Source of the DNA: Pristiophorus japonicus
Lineage: Eukaryota
DNA length: 64,000 nucleotides
Reading direction: 5' to 3'
Assembly: GCF_044704955.1 (NCBI RefSeq)
Contig: NC_091984.1
Coordinates: forward strand, 27,280,001-27,344,000
Shown here: piece by piece, positions 25,286 through 37,734 of the stretch
How positions within the stretch are numbered: the first letter of the stretch is position 1
Layout: each line of letters starts with the position of its first letter
Translations under genes and position numbers: made by a program
The notes under the pieces: generated by a model
Databases searched by the model: none
Told to the model about the DNA's origin: nothing
The model's input: the letters and a program-made list of their open reading frames with translations, nothing else

Positions 25286-25780
25286 CCCATTCCCTTATCG
25301 ATCACTGGTTCCATTTCGAAGATATTTCTAGTAAGGTCAACTTATAATTACAAAATTTTTTATTGTCACCTGTTTACCTCTATTCATTACCACTGCATTC
25401 CTGATTAAGGCCTCTGCCTTGCTATATCATCTGATGTCTGAGATCTCCTTCCCTATGCCATTCTTCACATCTCAATGTTTCTGCTCCTATGTAGTTCCCA
25501 TTAACTATAACCGATGAAAGACCATTGAATCCTTTCGAATAAATGATCTGGAGTATATTGGTGCTTGTTAAAACCTGAAAGTTGCTTGCCCATTTTTTTT
25601 TTATTAATAAGGAAAATAACCACTTGGTTATTCTTCAAGTGATCCATTGGTAGCATTATGGAAGACCAATAAATAATAACAGAGAATATTACTGAAGGAG
25701 CAGGAATTTTTCAATTTGAAAATCTTGAGTTTAGGATCGAAGAACAAAATCACTCGAGGATACTAATTAACTAGTATATT

Positions 25781-27923
25781 CATCATCATAGGCCGTCCCT
25801 CGAAATCGAGGAAGACTTGCTTCCACTCTAAAAGTGAGTTCTCCGGTGAATGAACAGTCTAATATGGGAGCTACAGTCTCTGTCACAGGTGGCACAAACA
25901 GTCATTGGAAGAAAGTGTGGGTGGGGAGTCTGATTTGCCGCATGCTCCTTCCGCTGTCTGCACTTGATTTCTGCATGCTCTCGGCGATGAGACTCAAGGT
26001 GCTCAGCGCCCTCCCGGATGCTCTTCCTCCACTTAGGGTGGTCTTTGGCCAGGGACTCCCAGGTGTTGGTGGGGATGTTGCACTTAATCCACTTAATCAA
26101 GGAGGCTTTGAGGGTGTTCTAGAAACGTTTCTTCTGCCCACCTAGGGCTCGCTTGCCGTGTAGGAGTTCTGAGTAGAGCTTGCTTTGGGAGTCTTGAGTC
26201 AGGCATGCGAACACTGTGGCCCGCCCAATGGAGCTGGTCGAGTGTGGGGAGTGCTTCGATGCTGGGGATGTTGACCTGATTGAGAACACTGACGTTGATG
26301 TGTCTGTCCTCCCAGGGGATTTGCAGGATCTTGCGGAGATATCGTTGGTAGTATTTCTCCAGAGATTTGAGCTATCTCCTGTATATGGTCCAAATTTCTG
26401 AGCCATACAGGAGGGCGGGTATCACTACAGCCCTGTAGACCATAAGCTTGGTGCCAGATTTGAGGGCTTGATCTTCAAACACTCTCTTCCTCAGGCGGCC
26501 GAAGGCTGCGCTGGCACACTGGAGGCAGTGTTGAACCTCATCCTTGATGTCTGCCCTTGCTGATGATGGGCTCCCAAGGTATGGAAATGATCCACATTGT
26601 CCAGGGCCGCACTGTGGATTTTGATGACTGGGGGCAGTGCTGTGTGGCGGGGTCAGGTTGGTGAAGGATCTTTGTCTTACGGATGTTTAGTGTAAGGCCC
26701 ATGCTTTCGTACTCCTCGGTGAAGATGTTGACGATGACTTGGAGTTCAGCCTCTGAATGCGCGCAGACTCAAGCGGCGTCTGCGTACTGTAGTTCGACGA
26801 CAGAATGGGACGGTCTTGGATCTGGCCTGGAGGCGACGAAGGTTGAAAAGGTTCCCACTGGTTCTATAGATTAGTTCCGCTCCAGTAGGGAGCTTGTTGA
26901 GAGTGAGGTGGAGCATTGTAGCAAGGAAGATCGAGAAGAGGGTTGGCGCGATGACGCAGCCCTGCTCGACCCCGGTCCGGACGTGGATTGGATTTGTGGT
27001 GGATCTATTGGTCAGGATCACGGCTTGCATGTCGTCGTGGAGCAGGCGGAGGATGGCGCCAAATTTTTGGGGGCAGCCGAAACGGAGGAGGACACTCCAT
27101 AGTCCCTCGAGGTTAACACTGTCAAAGGCCTTTGTAAGGTCAAAGAAGGCCATGTACAAGGGTTGGTGCTGTTCCCCGCATTTCTCTTGCAGTTGTCGCA
27201 CTGTAAAGATCATGTCCGTTGTACCCCATAGTGGACGAAATCCGCACTGTGACTCCGGGATGAGCTCCTCAGCCACAGGGAGAAGACGGTTGATGAGGAT
27301 TCTCGCGATGACTTTCCCAGTGGCTGACAACAGGGAGATTCCTCTGTAGTTGCCGCAGTCGGACTTGTCCCCTTTTTTTAAAGATGGTCACAATTACTGC
27401 ATCTCTAAGATCTCCCGGCATGCTCGCCTCCTTCCAGATGAGAGAGATGAGGTCATACATTCATGCCAATAGTGCCTCTCCGCCATACTTTAGTGCATCA
27501 GCGGGTATTCCATCCGCTCCCGGTGCCTTGTTCTTGAGCTGACGGATGGCCTTTTCTACCTCGTGCAGGGCTGGGTTTTGCTGAGATGGTGGCGGGTAGC
27601 ATGCTGCGGGATGGAGTCGAGGACAGTCGTGTCAAAGGCAGAGTCCCGATTAAGGAGATCTTCCAAGTGTTCCTTCCAGCGTGTGATGACTGTTTCGGTT
27701 TCCTTGATGAGTGTTTCCCGTTCTTAGCCAGCAGTGGGGTGGGGCCTTGGGCGCTTGGGCCGTAGGTGAAGAATCCTCGCACATCATGGCTGTCGGCCAG
27801 CTGCTGAATCTCCTGTGCTTTCTCCACCCACCATCTATTCTTCAGGTCGCGGGTTTTTTGTTGGACCTCGGCCTTAAGCCATCTCTAAAGCTGCTTTGCT
27901 GCTCCCAAGTTGGGTTGTTGATT
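25781..27923 (-). mobile_element. RTE-clade (BovB-like) LINE, 5'-truncated
   Basis: PESQCGFRP, FFDLTKAFDSV and GVEQGCVIAPTLF motifs, C-terminal CxxC...HxxxH; (atg)n tail; 9-bp TSD tagtatatt at 25772-25780 and 27924-27932. Confidence 0.92.
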
Positions 27924-28085
27924 TAGTATATTAAGGGATGCAGCAAGCTGTAGAATGATAACAGTTTGGATGAAGCTTCAGTCTGTAATAACTTGTTGCT
28001 CAAAGTAAGTGTTGTATATCTGACCAGAAACAGAAATTAAACACGCAATCCTTCAATTCTAGTTCTCCCTGTTTCTGTATTGCAG

Positions 28086-28222
28086 GTAGATAGTGGAGTA
28101 TTCAGTGCAGGACTGACCAGTTCATGCTACTCAGATGCCTTTTCTTCTATCAGGAAGGAGAATGGGATGAAGGATTCCAAATTTAATACTGATTTCAATG
28201 ATTCTATTTTTACAGACATCAG
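28086..28222 (+). CDS. CCDC18: CCDC18 internal coding exon E
   Basis: pyrimidine tract+tgcag|GTAGAT...ATCAG|gtattt; encodes VDSGVFSAGLTSSCYSDAFSS...IFTDIR; phase 0-2 bridges D and F; poorly conserved linker. Confidence 0.8.
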
Positions 28223-28959
28223 GTATTTAAAAAAAAAAACTGCCTTGATCAATGTAAGATGTTATTTTACAAATGTACGATTATTTTGAAGTTGACTTGT
28301 AAAGCGTGTCTTCAAAAATGGAGGTACATTAGATGTATACTGCCTGTTTTTATTCTAACTCATGACATCAGCTCAGTTTAAAAAAATATTATTTTAATAT
28401 TGAGGTTGAAATTTTAACCTGACTTAACACCAATTAACATTAGTTCTCTTTTCAGTTTGTGCCTTCAACACAAACAAGGATGTATGTCGGTACATATGTA
28501 CTGATTGAACAATTCTAAAGCCAAAGCCTTTTTGGGATCATCTCTCCCACTGACTTGCTATGTAGTTGGAAGTAAAAAAATGTCTACTTTCTCTGTTGAA
28601 ACATGAAAGTACCCAGAGAAGAATTTGATCCATCCAGGTTGGGATGACAGCTACAAACTGAAGCAATTTTCTTCTTTTCATAACCTAAGTGGCAACATCA
28701 AGCATACTCAAAGAGTAATCATCGACACAGAAATTGCATCAGTTCCTCCTACTTCGTCCAACAATGTGTCTTAGTTTGAAACTTCAAAGAGAACTCGTAA
28801 TGCAGAATATCCAGCCTTTTGAAGCGAGGAACTGTGTAGATAAGGCAAAGCCATTGAGTGGGCTGCATAAAATGACACAATAATCTGAGCCCTTGTACAC
28901 ACAAAAAGGCAAGAACCCACACACACAGCGAGATTCTCAAAAGTAACCCCCCCCCACAT

Positions 28960-29353
28960 GGGTATGGTAGTGTTGTGGTTCTGTTACTGGATTCAGAGGC
29001 CTGGGCGAATAATCCAGAGAATGTGAGTTTATAATCCCACAGTGGCAGTTTGAGAATTTGAATTCAGTTTATTTTTAAAATCTGGAAATATAAAGCTCGT
29101 ATCAGTAAAGGTGGCCATGAAGTTGTGGGATTTTCGTAAAAACCCACTGGTTCACTAATGTCCTTTAGGGAAGGAAATCTGTTGTCCTTACGGTCATATA
29201 GGTCTGGCCTATATGTGACTCCAGTCCCAATCCAACATAATTGACTCTTAACTGTCTCCTGAAGTGGCCTAGAAAGCCATGCTGCTCATGGTAAATAGAG
29301 ATGGGCGATAATACTGGCCTCGCCAGCGATGCCCACCTTCAGAGATTGAATAA
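28960..29353 (+). mobile_element. SINE whose 3' tail matches the divergent CR1-group LINE
   Basis: Degenerate tRNA-like head; tail gatgggcgataatactggcctcgccagcgatgcccac resembles 23925-23980. Confidence 0.65.
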
Positions 29354-30169
29354 AGGGATGGAGGCAAAGCGAAGTCTTCTACACAAAAAAACAAGCTCCC
29401 ATTCTTCCTCTAAAGCCTATGAAACATGGTACCTACAGCTCTTTGAAGTTCATGGATTTTGACCAAAGAGCAGTCTTTTTCTTGTCCCCAGTGGCTGAGA
29501 GCTAGAGCTGTCCAGAGCTGCTGAACTGGAGTTTTCACACAACTTCAAAGAAGACAGTAACCAGCAGGAGCTTCATGGTCCAGATCAAGGGAGCTTATGG
29601 GCCACGTTAATCTGTGGATAGCACTGTTGGAATGGGCCAGTGTGAAAAATTCTCAAAACTATCTTTGTGGTCTGTGAGAGTGAGAGTGACAGTTTGTGTC
29701 ACGCAGTTTTGTGCAGTGGACGCCTGAAGCTGGATTGAATCTGCTGAGTGTTCTTTCACATAGGACCCTTGCAGCCAGCAGAATTGGGATCCTCGTTTTA
29801 CTGGCTTCGGCTAGAGTCCAAACCATTTCAGGAATCCAGAGGTAAAAAGATCGTGAGTTGCACTATTACACCCTCTAGTGTCCAAAGCACACACCTTCAG
29901 TGGATAATGGAGAAAAGAAACCAGACTCTTCCTGGAAACCACGCAACAAGAGTCCTGGAAAATGTGCACAAAGGTTAAAATGTTCCTAGTAAAACCATTG
30001 TTCACAAGAATTACTGCTTCAAATTGCTCTACTACCCCCATCTCCACCCCAAAAGTAGATACATTATTAAATGCCACAATATAACATTCTTGTTGGTTGT
30101 GAGGCATGCTGTGCGTCAAAGGGAGATTTGGGCTTTTTTTTCCAGAAGGGGGGAAAATTGAGGCAATAA

Positions 30170-32640
30170 ATTACATAGAATTTTATAGCACAGAATCAGG
30201 CCATTCAACCAAACAGTTCTATGCCAGTGTTTATGCTCCATACAAGTCTCCTCCCATCTTACTTTTCACTATCAATGCATTCTTGTATTTCTTTCTCCCT
30301 AGCTTCCCACTAAATGCATCTATGCTGTTTGCCTCAACCACTCCATGTGGTAGTGAATTCCACATTCCCGCCACTGAGTGCAGAAGTTTCTCCTGAATTC
30401 CTTCTTCGATTTATTAGTGACTATCTTATATTTATGGGTGACTAATTTTGGATTCCCACAAGTGAAAACATCTTCTTTACGTCTACTGTATCGAACCCTT
30501 TCATAATTAAAACAATTAAAAGCATTTTTATTCCTTCACGGGATGTGGACATCGCTGGCAAGCCCCGCGTGTATTGCCCATCCCTAGTTGCCCTTGTTGC
30601 GCTTTGCAGTGCTGCAGTCCATGTGGTGAAGGTACTCTCACAGTGCTGTTGGGTAGGGAGTTCCAAGATTTTAACCCAGCGATGATGAAGGAACAGCAAT
30701 AAATTTCAAAGACAGGATGGTGTGAGCCTTGGAGGTGTTGATGTTCCCATGTGCCTGCTGCCTTTTGTTCATCTTGATGGTGGAAATCTCTGGTTTTGGA
30801 GAAGCTGTCTAAGAAGCCTTGGTGAGTTGCTGCAGTGCATCTTGTAGATGGTACACACAGCAGCCATGGTGCACCGGTGGTGGAAGGAGTGAATGTCTGA
30901 GGTGATGGATGGGCTACCGATCAAGTGGACTGCTTTGTCCTGAATAGTGTTGAGCTTCTTGAGGGTTGTTGGAGCTGTGCTCATCCAGGCAAGTGGAAAG
31001 TATTCCATCATACTCCTGACTTGTGCATTGTAAGTGGTGGAAAGACTTTGGAAAGTTAGGAGGTGAGACACTCACCACAGAACACCCAGTCTCTGACCTG
31101 CTCTTATTAGCCACAGTATGTATGTAGCTGGTCCAATTAAGTTTTTGGTCAATGGTGACCCCCAGGATGTTGATGGTGTGGGATTTGAAGATGGTAATGA
31201 CATTGAATGTCAAAGGCAGGTAGTTGGACTCTCTTATTGGAGAATGTCATTGCCTGGCACTTGTGTGGCGCGAATGCAACTCGCCACCTATCAGCCCAAG
31301 ATGGGATGTTGTCCAGGCCTTGCTGCACACGGACACGATTGCTTCATTATCTGAGGAATTGCGAATGGAACTGAACAGTGTTCCATTATCAGCGAACATC
31401 CCTACTTCTTCCCTTATGATGGAGAGAAGGTCATTAATGAAGCAGTTGAAAATGGTTGGGCCGAGGACACTGCCCTGAGGATCTCCTGCAGCGATGACCT
31501 GGGGCTGAGAAGATTAACCTCCAGAAACCACAACTATCTTCCTTTGTGCTAGGTATGAGTCTAGCCAGTGGAGAGTTTTCCCCTTGATCCCCATTGATTT
31601 CAGTTTTACGAGGGTTCCTTGGTTCCATACTTGGTCAAATGCTGTCTTGATGTCCAGGGCAGTCACTCTCTCCTCACCTCTGGAATCAGCTCTTTGTCCA
31701 TGTTTGGACCAAGGCTGTAATTTGGATTAGGGTGGTCCTGGCAGAACCCAAACTAAGCATCGGTGACCAAGTTATTGCTGAGTAAGTGCTGCTTGATAGT
31801 ACTGTCGATGACGCGTTCCATCACTTGATTGATGATTGAGAGTAGGCTGATGGGACGGTAACTTTAAAGACCTCTCAGGCTTCTCTTTTCCTGCAGAAAA
31901 GAGCCCCAATCTGTTCAGTCTTTCCGGGTAGTTATATCCTCTCAATTCAAATATCAACCTTGTAAATCTTCTTTGCGTTTTCTCCAGTGCTACTATATCT
32001 TTTTTGTAAGGTGGTGGCCAGAACTTTGCCCAGTATCCCAAGTGTGGTCTAACCAATGCTTTATATGTTTAAAATAACTTGCCTGTTTTTATTCCTCTAG
32101 AAATGAACCCCAGTGCTTTGTTTGTACTTTTTATGGCTTTGTTAACCTGCGTTGCTACTTTTTAATGAATCTGTATCCCTAGATCCCTTTGCTCTTCTAC
32201 CCCATTTAGACTTCTTTTCCAATAAGTAGGTGGTCTCTTTGTTCTGTCTACCAAAATGCACCACCTCACAGTGATCGATATTGAAATGTATTTGCTTACA
32301 CGTGCATTCTGCAAGTTTGTTAATGTCTTCTTATACTTTGTCGCCGTTTTTCTCAGTATAAACTACAGCCCCTAATTTGAATGTGATCTGCATATTTTGA
32401 TATTCCTGAGGCCAAATTACTTATGTAAATGATGAACAACAGTGTCCCTGTGGAACATCAGTTCCCACCACCGTTTGTAAGTCTGAGTAACCACCTTTAA
32501 CCCCTACTGTGTTTTCTGTTAGCCAATCTGCTATCCATTTGGCTACTTGTCCCCTGGCTCCACACCTTAGTCCTGAGTCTACTCTGTGGTACCTCATCAA
32601 CAGTCCTTTGAAAGCCCATGTGTAATACATCCACTAATGA
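30170..32640 (-). mobile_element. Old CR1 (about 30170-30515 and 31862-32640) interrupted by another LINE
   Basis: IMKGFDTVD...MFSLVG, VRPHLGYWAKFW...QRRFTRLI and VPQG motifs are collinear across the insert. Confidence 0.7.
30525..31860 (-). mobile_element. Divergent CR1-group LINE (RT and C-terminus)
   Basis: VRSMMEYFPLAWMSTAPTTLKKLNTIQDKA, INILGVTIDQKLNW and QGSVLGPTIF motifs. Confidence 0.8.
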
Positions 32641-32774
32641 ATGATCTTTAATTATGTAATGTGCTCTACAATATATGATAACTTGCAAGTAAAGACGTGG
32701 TCAGGGAGTTTTTTACTTTTTTTGAAAATATGTCTAATTTATAGCTTTTTGGACTAAAATTATTCTCCTTGCAG

Positions 32775-32935
32775 GCATAAAAAATTAGCAATGAAAGATG
32801 CTGAATTTCAGAAGCTGGAATCCAGCCCGACCCACAGCAAAGTTTCAAAGCAACAATGTAGTGACGTTTTAGGCAAACGTTACGATGTGTTGGATAGAAT
32901 AAGCCCAGAACTAATATCAAATAGAAGTAAGAAAG
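32775..32935 (+). CDS. CCDC18: CCDC18 internal coding exon F
   Basis: ttgcag|G...AAAG|gtaagt; encodes HKKLAMKDAEFQKLES (recalled human IKLAIKEAEIQKL); phase 2-1. Confidence 0.88.
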
Positions 32936-33268
32936 GTAAGTTTGCACTTGGTTGGAGGGAGGGGGGAAATAAAGGTGATGGAGACAATTTAATCACAGCA
33001 CAGTAGTAAAAAGCTTCTAGGCCTGTAGGTTTTCTCCGAAAGATGTGAAAATATTTTCTTTTTAAATACGTTATTGTCCATATCCTTTTACATGATGGAT
33101 GAACTATTTCAATTATAGCACCACATGTTTGAAGAGTCTGTGCCTTCAGGAAGGGACTGAAGAAAAATTGGTAAGGGAGGGGGAGATGGACACTGGGGAT
33201 TGAAGGAGGCTATATGTTTCCTTTTATTAAAGAGTAATTTCACTTTATAAAAAAAAGGAATTAGAAAC

Positions 33269-33659
33269 TGTAATATATTTATGCTTGGGGTCACCTGATA
33301 CCAGTGGACGCCACTGTCTGATATCATGCAGGTAATACAGGAAGTCAACTCTTATACTTATACTTATCCAAGGTGGGAATAAAAGCAATTGGGTACACAC
33401 CCGAGGCAGTTTATAATAACAGGACTCGTGTTATTACATTGGCGACGAGGATGGGATTCATTGCCGACTTACGACGTCTTGCTGAGCCATGTAAGTTCGG
33501 GAACATGCTGGAAGACATGTTGAGAAACTTTTTCGTGATAGGCATCAACCATGATGTGATTCTTCAGAAATTATTGGCCGAAGAGAAACTGGACTTGAAA
33601 AAGGCCATCACAATTGCCCAGGCATGCATGATTGTGACCCCAAGTATAAATATATTACA
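33269..33659 (+). mobile_element. Miniature Gypsy derivative: LTR, PBS, gag fragment and inverted LTR tip
   Basis: LTR 33269-33438 (tgtaata...tattaca, with AATAAA); PBS tggcgacgag; gag FIADLRRLAEPCKFG...FVIGI...KLLAE; 26-bp terminal inverted repeat; TSD gaaac. Confidence 0.85.
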
Positions 33660-34485
33660 GAAACATAATAAGACATGACCAATGCAGAGACCTTTGGAAA
33701 GGATATTCATTATATAATGGTTCAGTCTGCATCTGGTCCTCATAGGGAAGACTTGTCTGTTCTTAAAACATTTAATATGTGAGTGCTATTCCATCTATAA
33801 TCCCGATTCCTGTTTTTGAAGATGACAAGAAACAAAGGGAGATTAATAATTGGAGATTTATAACTATTGTCCAAAATTGTTTTGTTTCTAAGATTTTAAG
33901 CAAAGGAGTCAAGCAAATAGTATTTGCCTTAATCACGACAAATGGGCTTTATATCAGCACCAACGCATAGCATAAATGCTGCAGTGCTGAACAGTACAGC
34001 TGGCATAAAATGCTATGATCACGGGGTGGTTGTTCTATTGTAATGGTCAAGCTTCTGTCACTATAAGCTGACACTATGATAAGATTGCAAAATCCAGAGA
34101 AAATGAAAGGTCTTGTTGATCTAAATTCTGACTTCTCGAGATGGGAATAACCCTGTTTTCAGAGCTATGTTATGAACTGTGGAACATTGTGATAAATCTG
34201 CTTAATTCTGTCCTGACTGATCATCACTCACACTTTATAGCAAGGGTCACTAAATAGTGACCAGGAGCACTCCCCCTCATCCCAGCTCTGTCATGCTGAT
34301 GTTCAGCTTCACTCCCCTACTGCACTGTTGAGGTCAACTAACTCAGCACAAACCTAGGGGCCAAGATTGGGACATTACATAATTTTTCTAAAACAAAAGC
34401 TCTTGGGCATTATAACTGGTCATACTTTATTAGAATTATTGTTATTTTACAAACCTTTCTTTTGCTAATTCTAACACTTGGTCAG

Positions 34486-34688
34486 AGGACAGAAAGTTCT
34501 TGGAACAGCATTTAGAAGAGGAGCGATGTAGACAAAAAGAAGTTGAGGAACTGCAGACAGAATTATTGGAGGCAGAGGCTACAATCTCAACATTACAGAC
34601 TCGGATGACTGAACAGATAAATCATTTTCAGCAGATACAAGAGCAACTGTTGGAAAAAAGCAAATGCATTGGAAAGGTGGAACAGGAG
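34486..34688 (+). CDS. CCDC18: CCDC18 internal coding exon G
   Basis: gtcag|AG...CAGGAG|gtccgt; encodes DRKFLEQHLEEERCRQKEVEELQTEL...FQQIQEQLLEKSKCIGKVEQE (recalled human FQLIQEELLEKA); phase 1-0. Confidence 0.88.
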
Positions 34689-35420
34689 GTCCGTAAGTTG
34701 CACATCCAAATAATGAAATATTGTTAAAGTCCCCAACTCCATTTTAGTATATGTACTTTTTTTTTTCACCTTGTCCAAATGGACATTTCTGATTTGTGAA
34801 CCTGGGTAGTAAGGTTACTTAATCATGTGAGACATCATGAGTGAATGAAAACCTGTCCTTGTTTTGATAGTCATGCACACACTTTCTTGTGTGGACTTGG
34901 AAGAGTGTGCTCCCTCCTCCCCACAGTAGTATTTGTAATGCCACATCTCCTGTCCTGCCTGATGTCCAACTCCACTGATATCAGAGATTGAATCTGGAGA
35001 ACCTCTGATCAGTATAAGTTAGTTCCAGATCACATGATGCATTTTATCCATATAGGAATTGTAGGATTTGCTTACCAGCTATGCTGATTTATTACTGCTA
35101 TGACTCTTGAGTTTTATTGTTGACATCTCAATATGGGGAAATCAGAAGAAAAAAATGGATGCTTTGAGATTGCATTCACTGATAAATAGCAAGATGTAGA
35201 TCATTTTGTGGTTGTAGCAGTAGAAGTGGTAGCACTATCACCACGCCTAGTTCTTTTGTAAGCAATTTGCAACTTAAAAAAAAATGTTTGGACACAAGCA
35301 TGCTTCGAATTGTTTGTATTTCTAGACTATTGAGGCGGATTGTAATGTTTATACTACTAACTCATCCAATGCTGCCATTGTGGAAATGCACCCATTAAAG
35401 GTTAAGCCTGGAGAGTTGTT

Positions 35421-36003
35421 AGGCTAGAAATTCGGCGACTTTGCAACCGGGTTTTTGGTGCTATTTCACCATATTTGGAGAAAAACCGATCGACGGGAAC
35501 TTTGGGCACCTTTGTGCGATAGCGCTTTCCATGTCCCACTGGGGATAGGAAGGCCGCCGTGCAAGACCCGAAATAGCGTTTTCGCCAGAAATTTGGCGCT
35601 CTCCGCACCCGTATTCTGTGCCCAGAATACAGACAGGGAAAAACCTATCGTTGCAGCCCTGCCAGCAGCGGTAAGTATGAAGACCTGCAAAAATGTAAGT
35701 TAAAGTTTTACATTATTTAATTATTTTTCAGCGATTTAGTAGCTAAGGGTTTTGTGAATGTTTTGTGAATTTTTTTTTCCAATTTTTTTTTGGTGTTTTC
35801 CTCCCTCCCTAGGTGCCTCTCGCAGCACTGTCGACCTCGGACTAAAGTTGTTGAAATTCGCGGTTTGCGCCGTGAATCCTCGTGCAATGCCGATTCTTAT
35901 CGCTGCACAAATTAACGGTTGAATATCCATCCGTCCTACCAATGGTAGCGAAGTGAAAACGGTAATTTTGGAAAAAAAATACCGCAAACTGAATTTCTAG
36001 CCC
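35421..36003. mobile_element. Harbinger-like MITE
   Basis: TIR ggctagaaattc versus gaatttctagcc; CpG-rich; termini resemble those of 4997-8127. Confidence 0.75.
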
Positions 36004-36798
36004 ATTATGTTTTTAGGATTTTACTCCGAGATTTTCCTTATGCTAAGTGTCAAAGACAACGCGCATAAGTGAGTCCCTGCTCCCTTCAAAACGGTGTACC
36101 TTTTATGGGCTCAAGTATCGGCCTGAGTTGCTCCTATTTTTTTGGAGCAGCTAGTTTAGAATGGAGCATCTTAGAAATTGCAATTCTCGGCACTTAGTTT
36201 GCTCCAGTTCTAGTGAGTTAAAATGGTTTCATTGTAGAACAGATTTTCTTTTCAAAAGGGGGCGTGTCCAGGCACTTACACCTGTTTTGCAAGTTTAGGC
36301 AGTAAAAGATTACTCCAAACTAAGTTAGAATGGAGTAAGTGTAGATTTTTGTATGCTCAGAAAAACCTTGCCTACACTTACAAATCAGGCGTAGGTTACA
36401 AATCAGGCGAAGGGTCGGGGGGGGGCGAGGGACGGCGGAAGGGAAGTAATTAAATTTTACAAGCATTCAATAGTCTCACTTCTACAAATAAAGAGCAATC
36501 CTGAATAATAAATGAAAAATAAAGCAAATAATAAAAAAATTAAATTTTCCTACCTGTCTGAAGCAGCAGCAGCAGCCTCTGAGCTGAGAAGTTATTTTTA
36601 TAGGGCCATTCGGCCAGGAGACGGGGGTGGGACACGGTTCGGTCGGGCCATACACCGGCAGCACAGCAGCCTCCAGAGCTGCAAAGTGATTTTTATAGGC
36701 TGTAGGCCGTTCGGCCAGGAGACAGGGGAGGCGTACAAAGCACCGGGAGGGAGAGCCAGCCAGCCAGCAAGTTTAAAAGTTACATTTGTAATTCAAGT

Positions 36799-37728
36799 AT
36801 GGGTGCTGCATTATCAACACCACAGATTATGCAATGGTTCGCCATCAATTCACTGCATAGGAGAGAATTGATTAGAGCTCACCGCACCAGGAACATCATA
36901 GTCCGCAGGCTGATGGGCAGGAGACCTTACCCACGTCGGCAATATCGAGCCAGGCGTTCGTACCTGGACATGAGCGAGGCTGATTGTGTCAAAAGGCTGC
37001 ATTTCCGTAGAGAAGTTGTCGCTGAGATCTGTGATATGCTGAGAGCAGATTTGAAGCCTAAAAGCAGAACGCCGACTGCCTTGTCTGTTGAAGTGAAGGT
37101 AACAGCTGCACTTGCCTTCTATGCCTTGGGATCGCTTCAAGCTCGAACTGGAGATGTGTGCGCCATCTCTCAACGTGCAATACATGCCTGTGTTTACCAG
37201 GTCACGGCTGCACTGTATGCACGGAGGAATGACTTCATCAAGTTCCCAAAGACTGTACAAGCAATGCATGACAGGGCTGTGGGCTTCGTCAGGATTACTG
37301 GCTTCCCAAAGGTACAGGGCTGCATTGATTGTACCCACATCGCCTTGGGAGCACCTGTGGAGGATTCCGAGCAGTACAGGAATAGAAAAGGTTTCCATTC
37401 CATCAATGTGCAGTTCGTGTGTGACGACAAGCAGCGCATGTCAGTTGATGCGAGATACCCTGGCAGCACCCATGATGCGTTCATCCTACGCGACAGCATT
37501 ATATCTGACATGTTTGAGCAGCAGCCAGAAGGACAGAGCTGGCTACTGGGAGACAAAGGGTACGGCCTGACCACCTGGCTCATGACATCCCTACGCGTGA
37601 CACGGATGGAAGCTGACCATCAATACAATATGGCGCACATTGCGACACGCAGCATCATAGAGAGGACCGTTGGCATCTTGAAACAGCGTTTCCGATGCCT
37701 GGACCATTCCGGAGGCTACTTGCAATAA
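36799..37728 (+). CDS. Harbinger DDE transposase (HARBI1-like), C-terminally truncated
   Basis: [40 protein letters not shown] and [15 protein letters not shown]; a stop sits in LQ*SPE where LQYSPE is expected. Confidence 0.9.
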   Translation: MGAALSTPQIMQWFAINSLHRRELIRAHRTRNIIVRRLMGRRPYPRRQYRARRSYLDMSEADCVKRLHFRREVVAEICDMLRADLKPKSRTPTALSVEVKVTAALAFYALGSLQARTGDVCAISQRAIHACVYQVTAALYARRNDFIKFPKTVQAMHDRAVGFVRITGFPKVQGCIDCTHIALGAPVEDSEQYRNRKGFHSINVQFVCDDKQRMSVDARYPGSTHDAFILRDSIISDMFEQQPEGQSWLLGDKGYGLTTWLMTSLRVTRMEADHQYNMAHIATRSIIERTVGILKQRFRCLDHSGGYLQ

Positions 37729-37734
37729 TCACCA

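Noticed and set aside
36799-37728. Host gene HARBI1
   Set aside because: It lies between TIRs next to a Myb/SANT partner inside an intron and is truncated, so it is a transposon copy.
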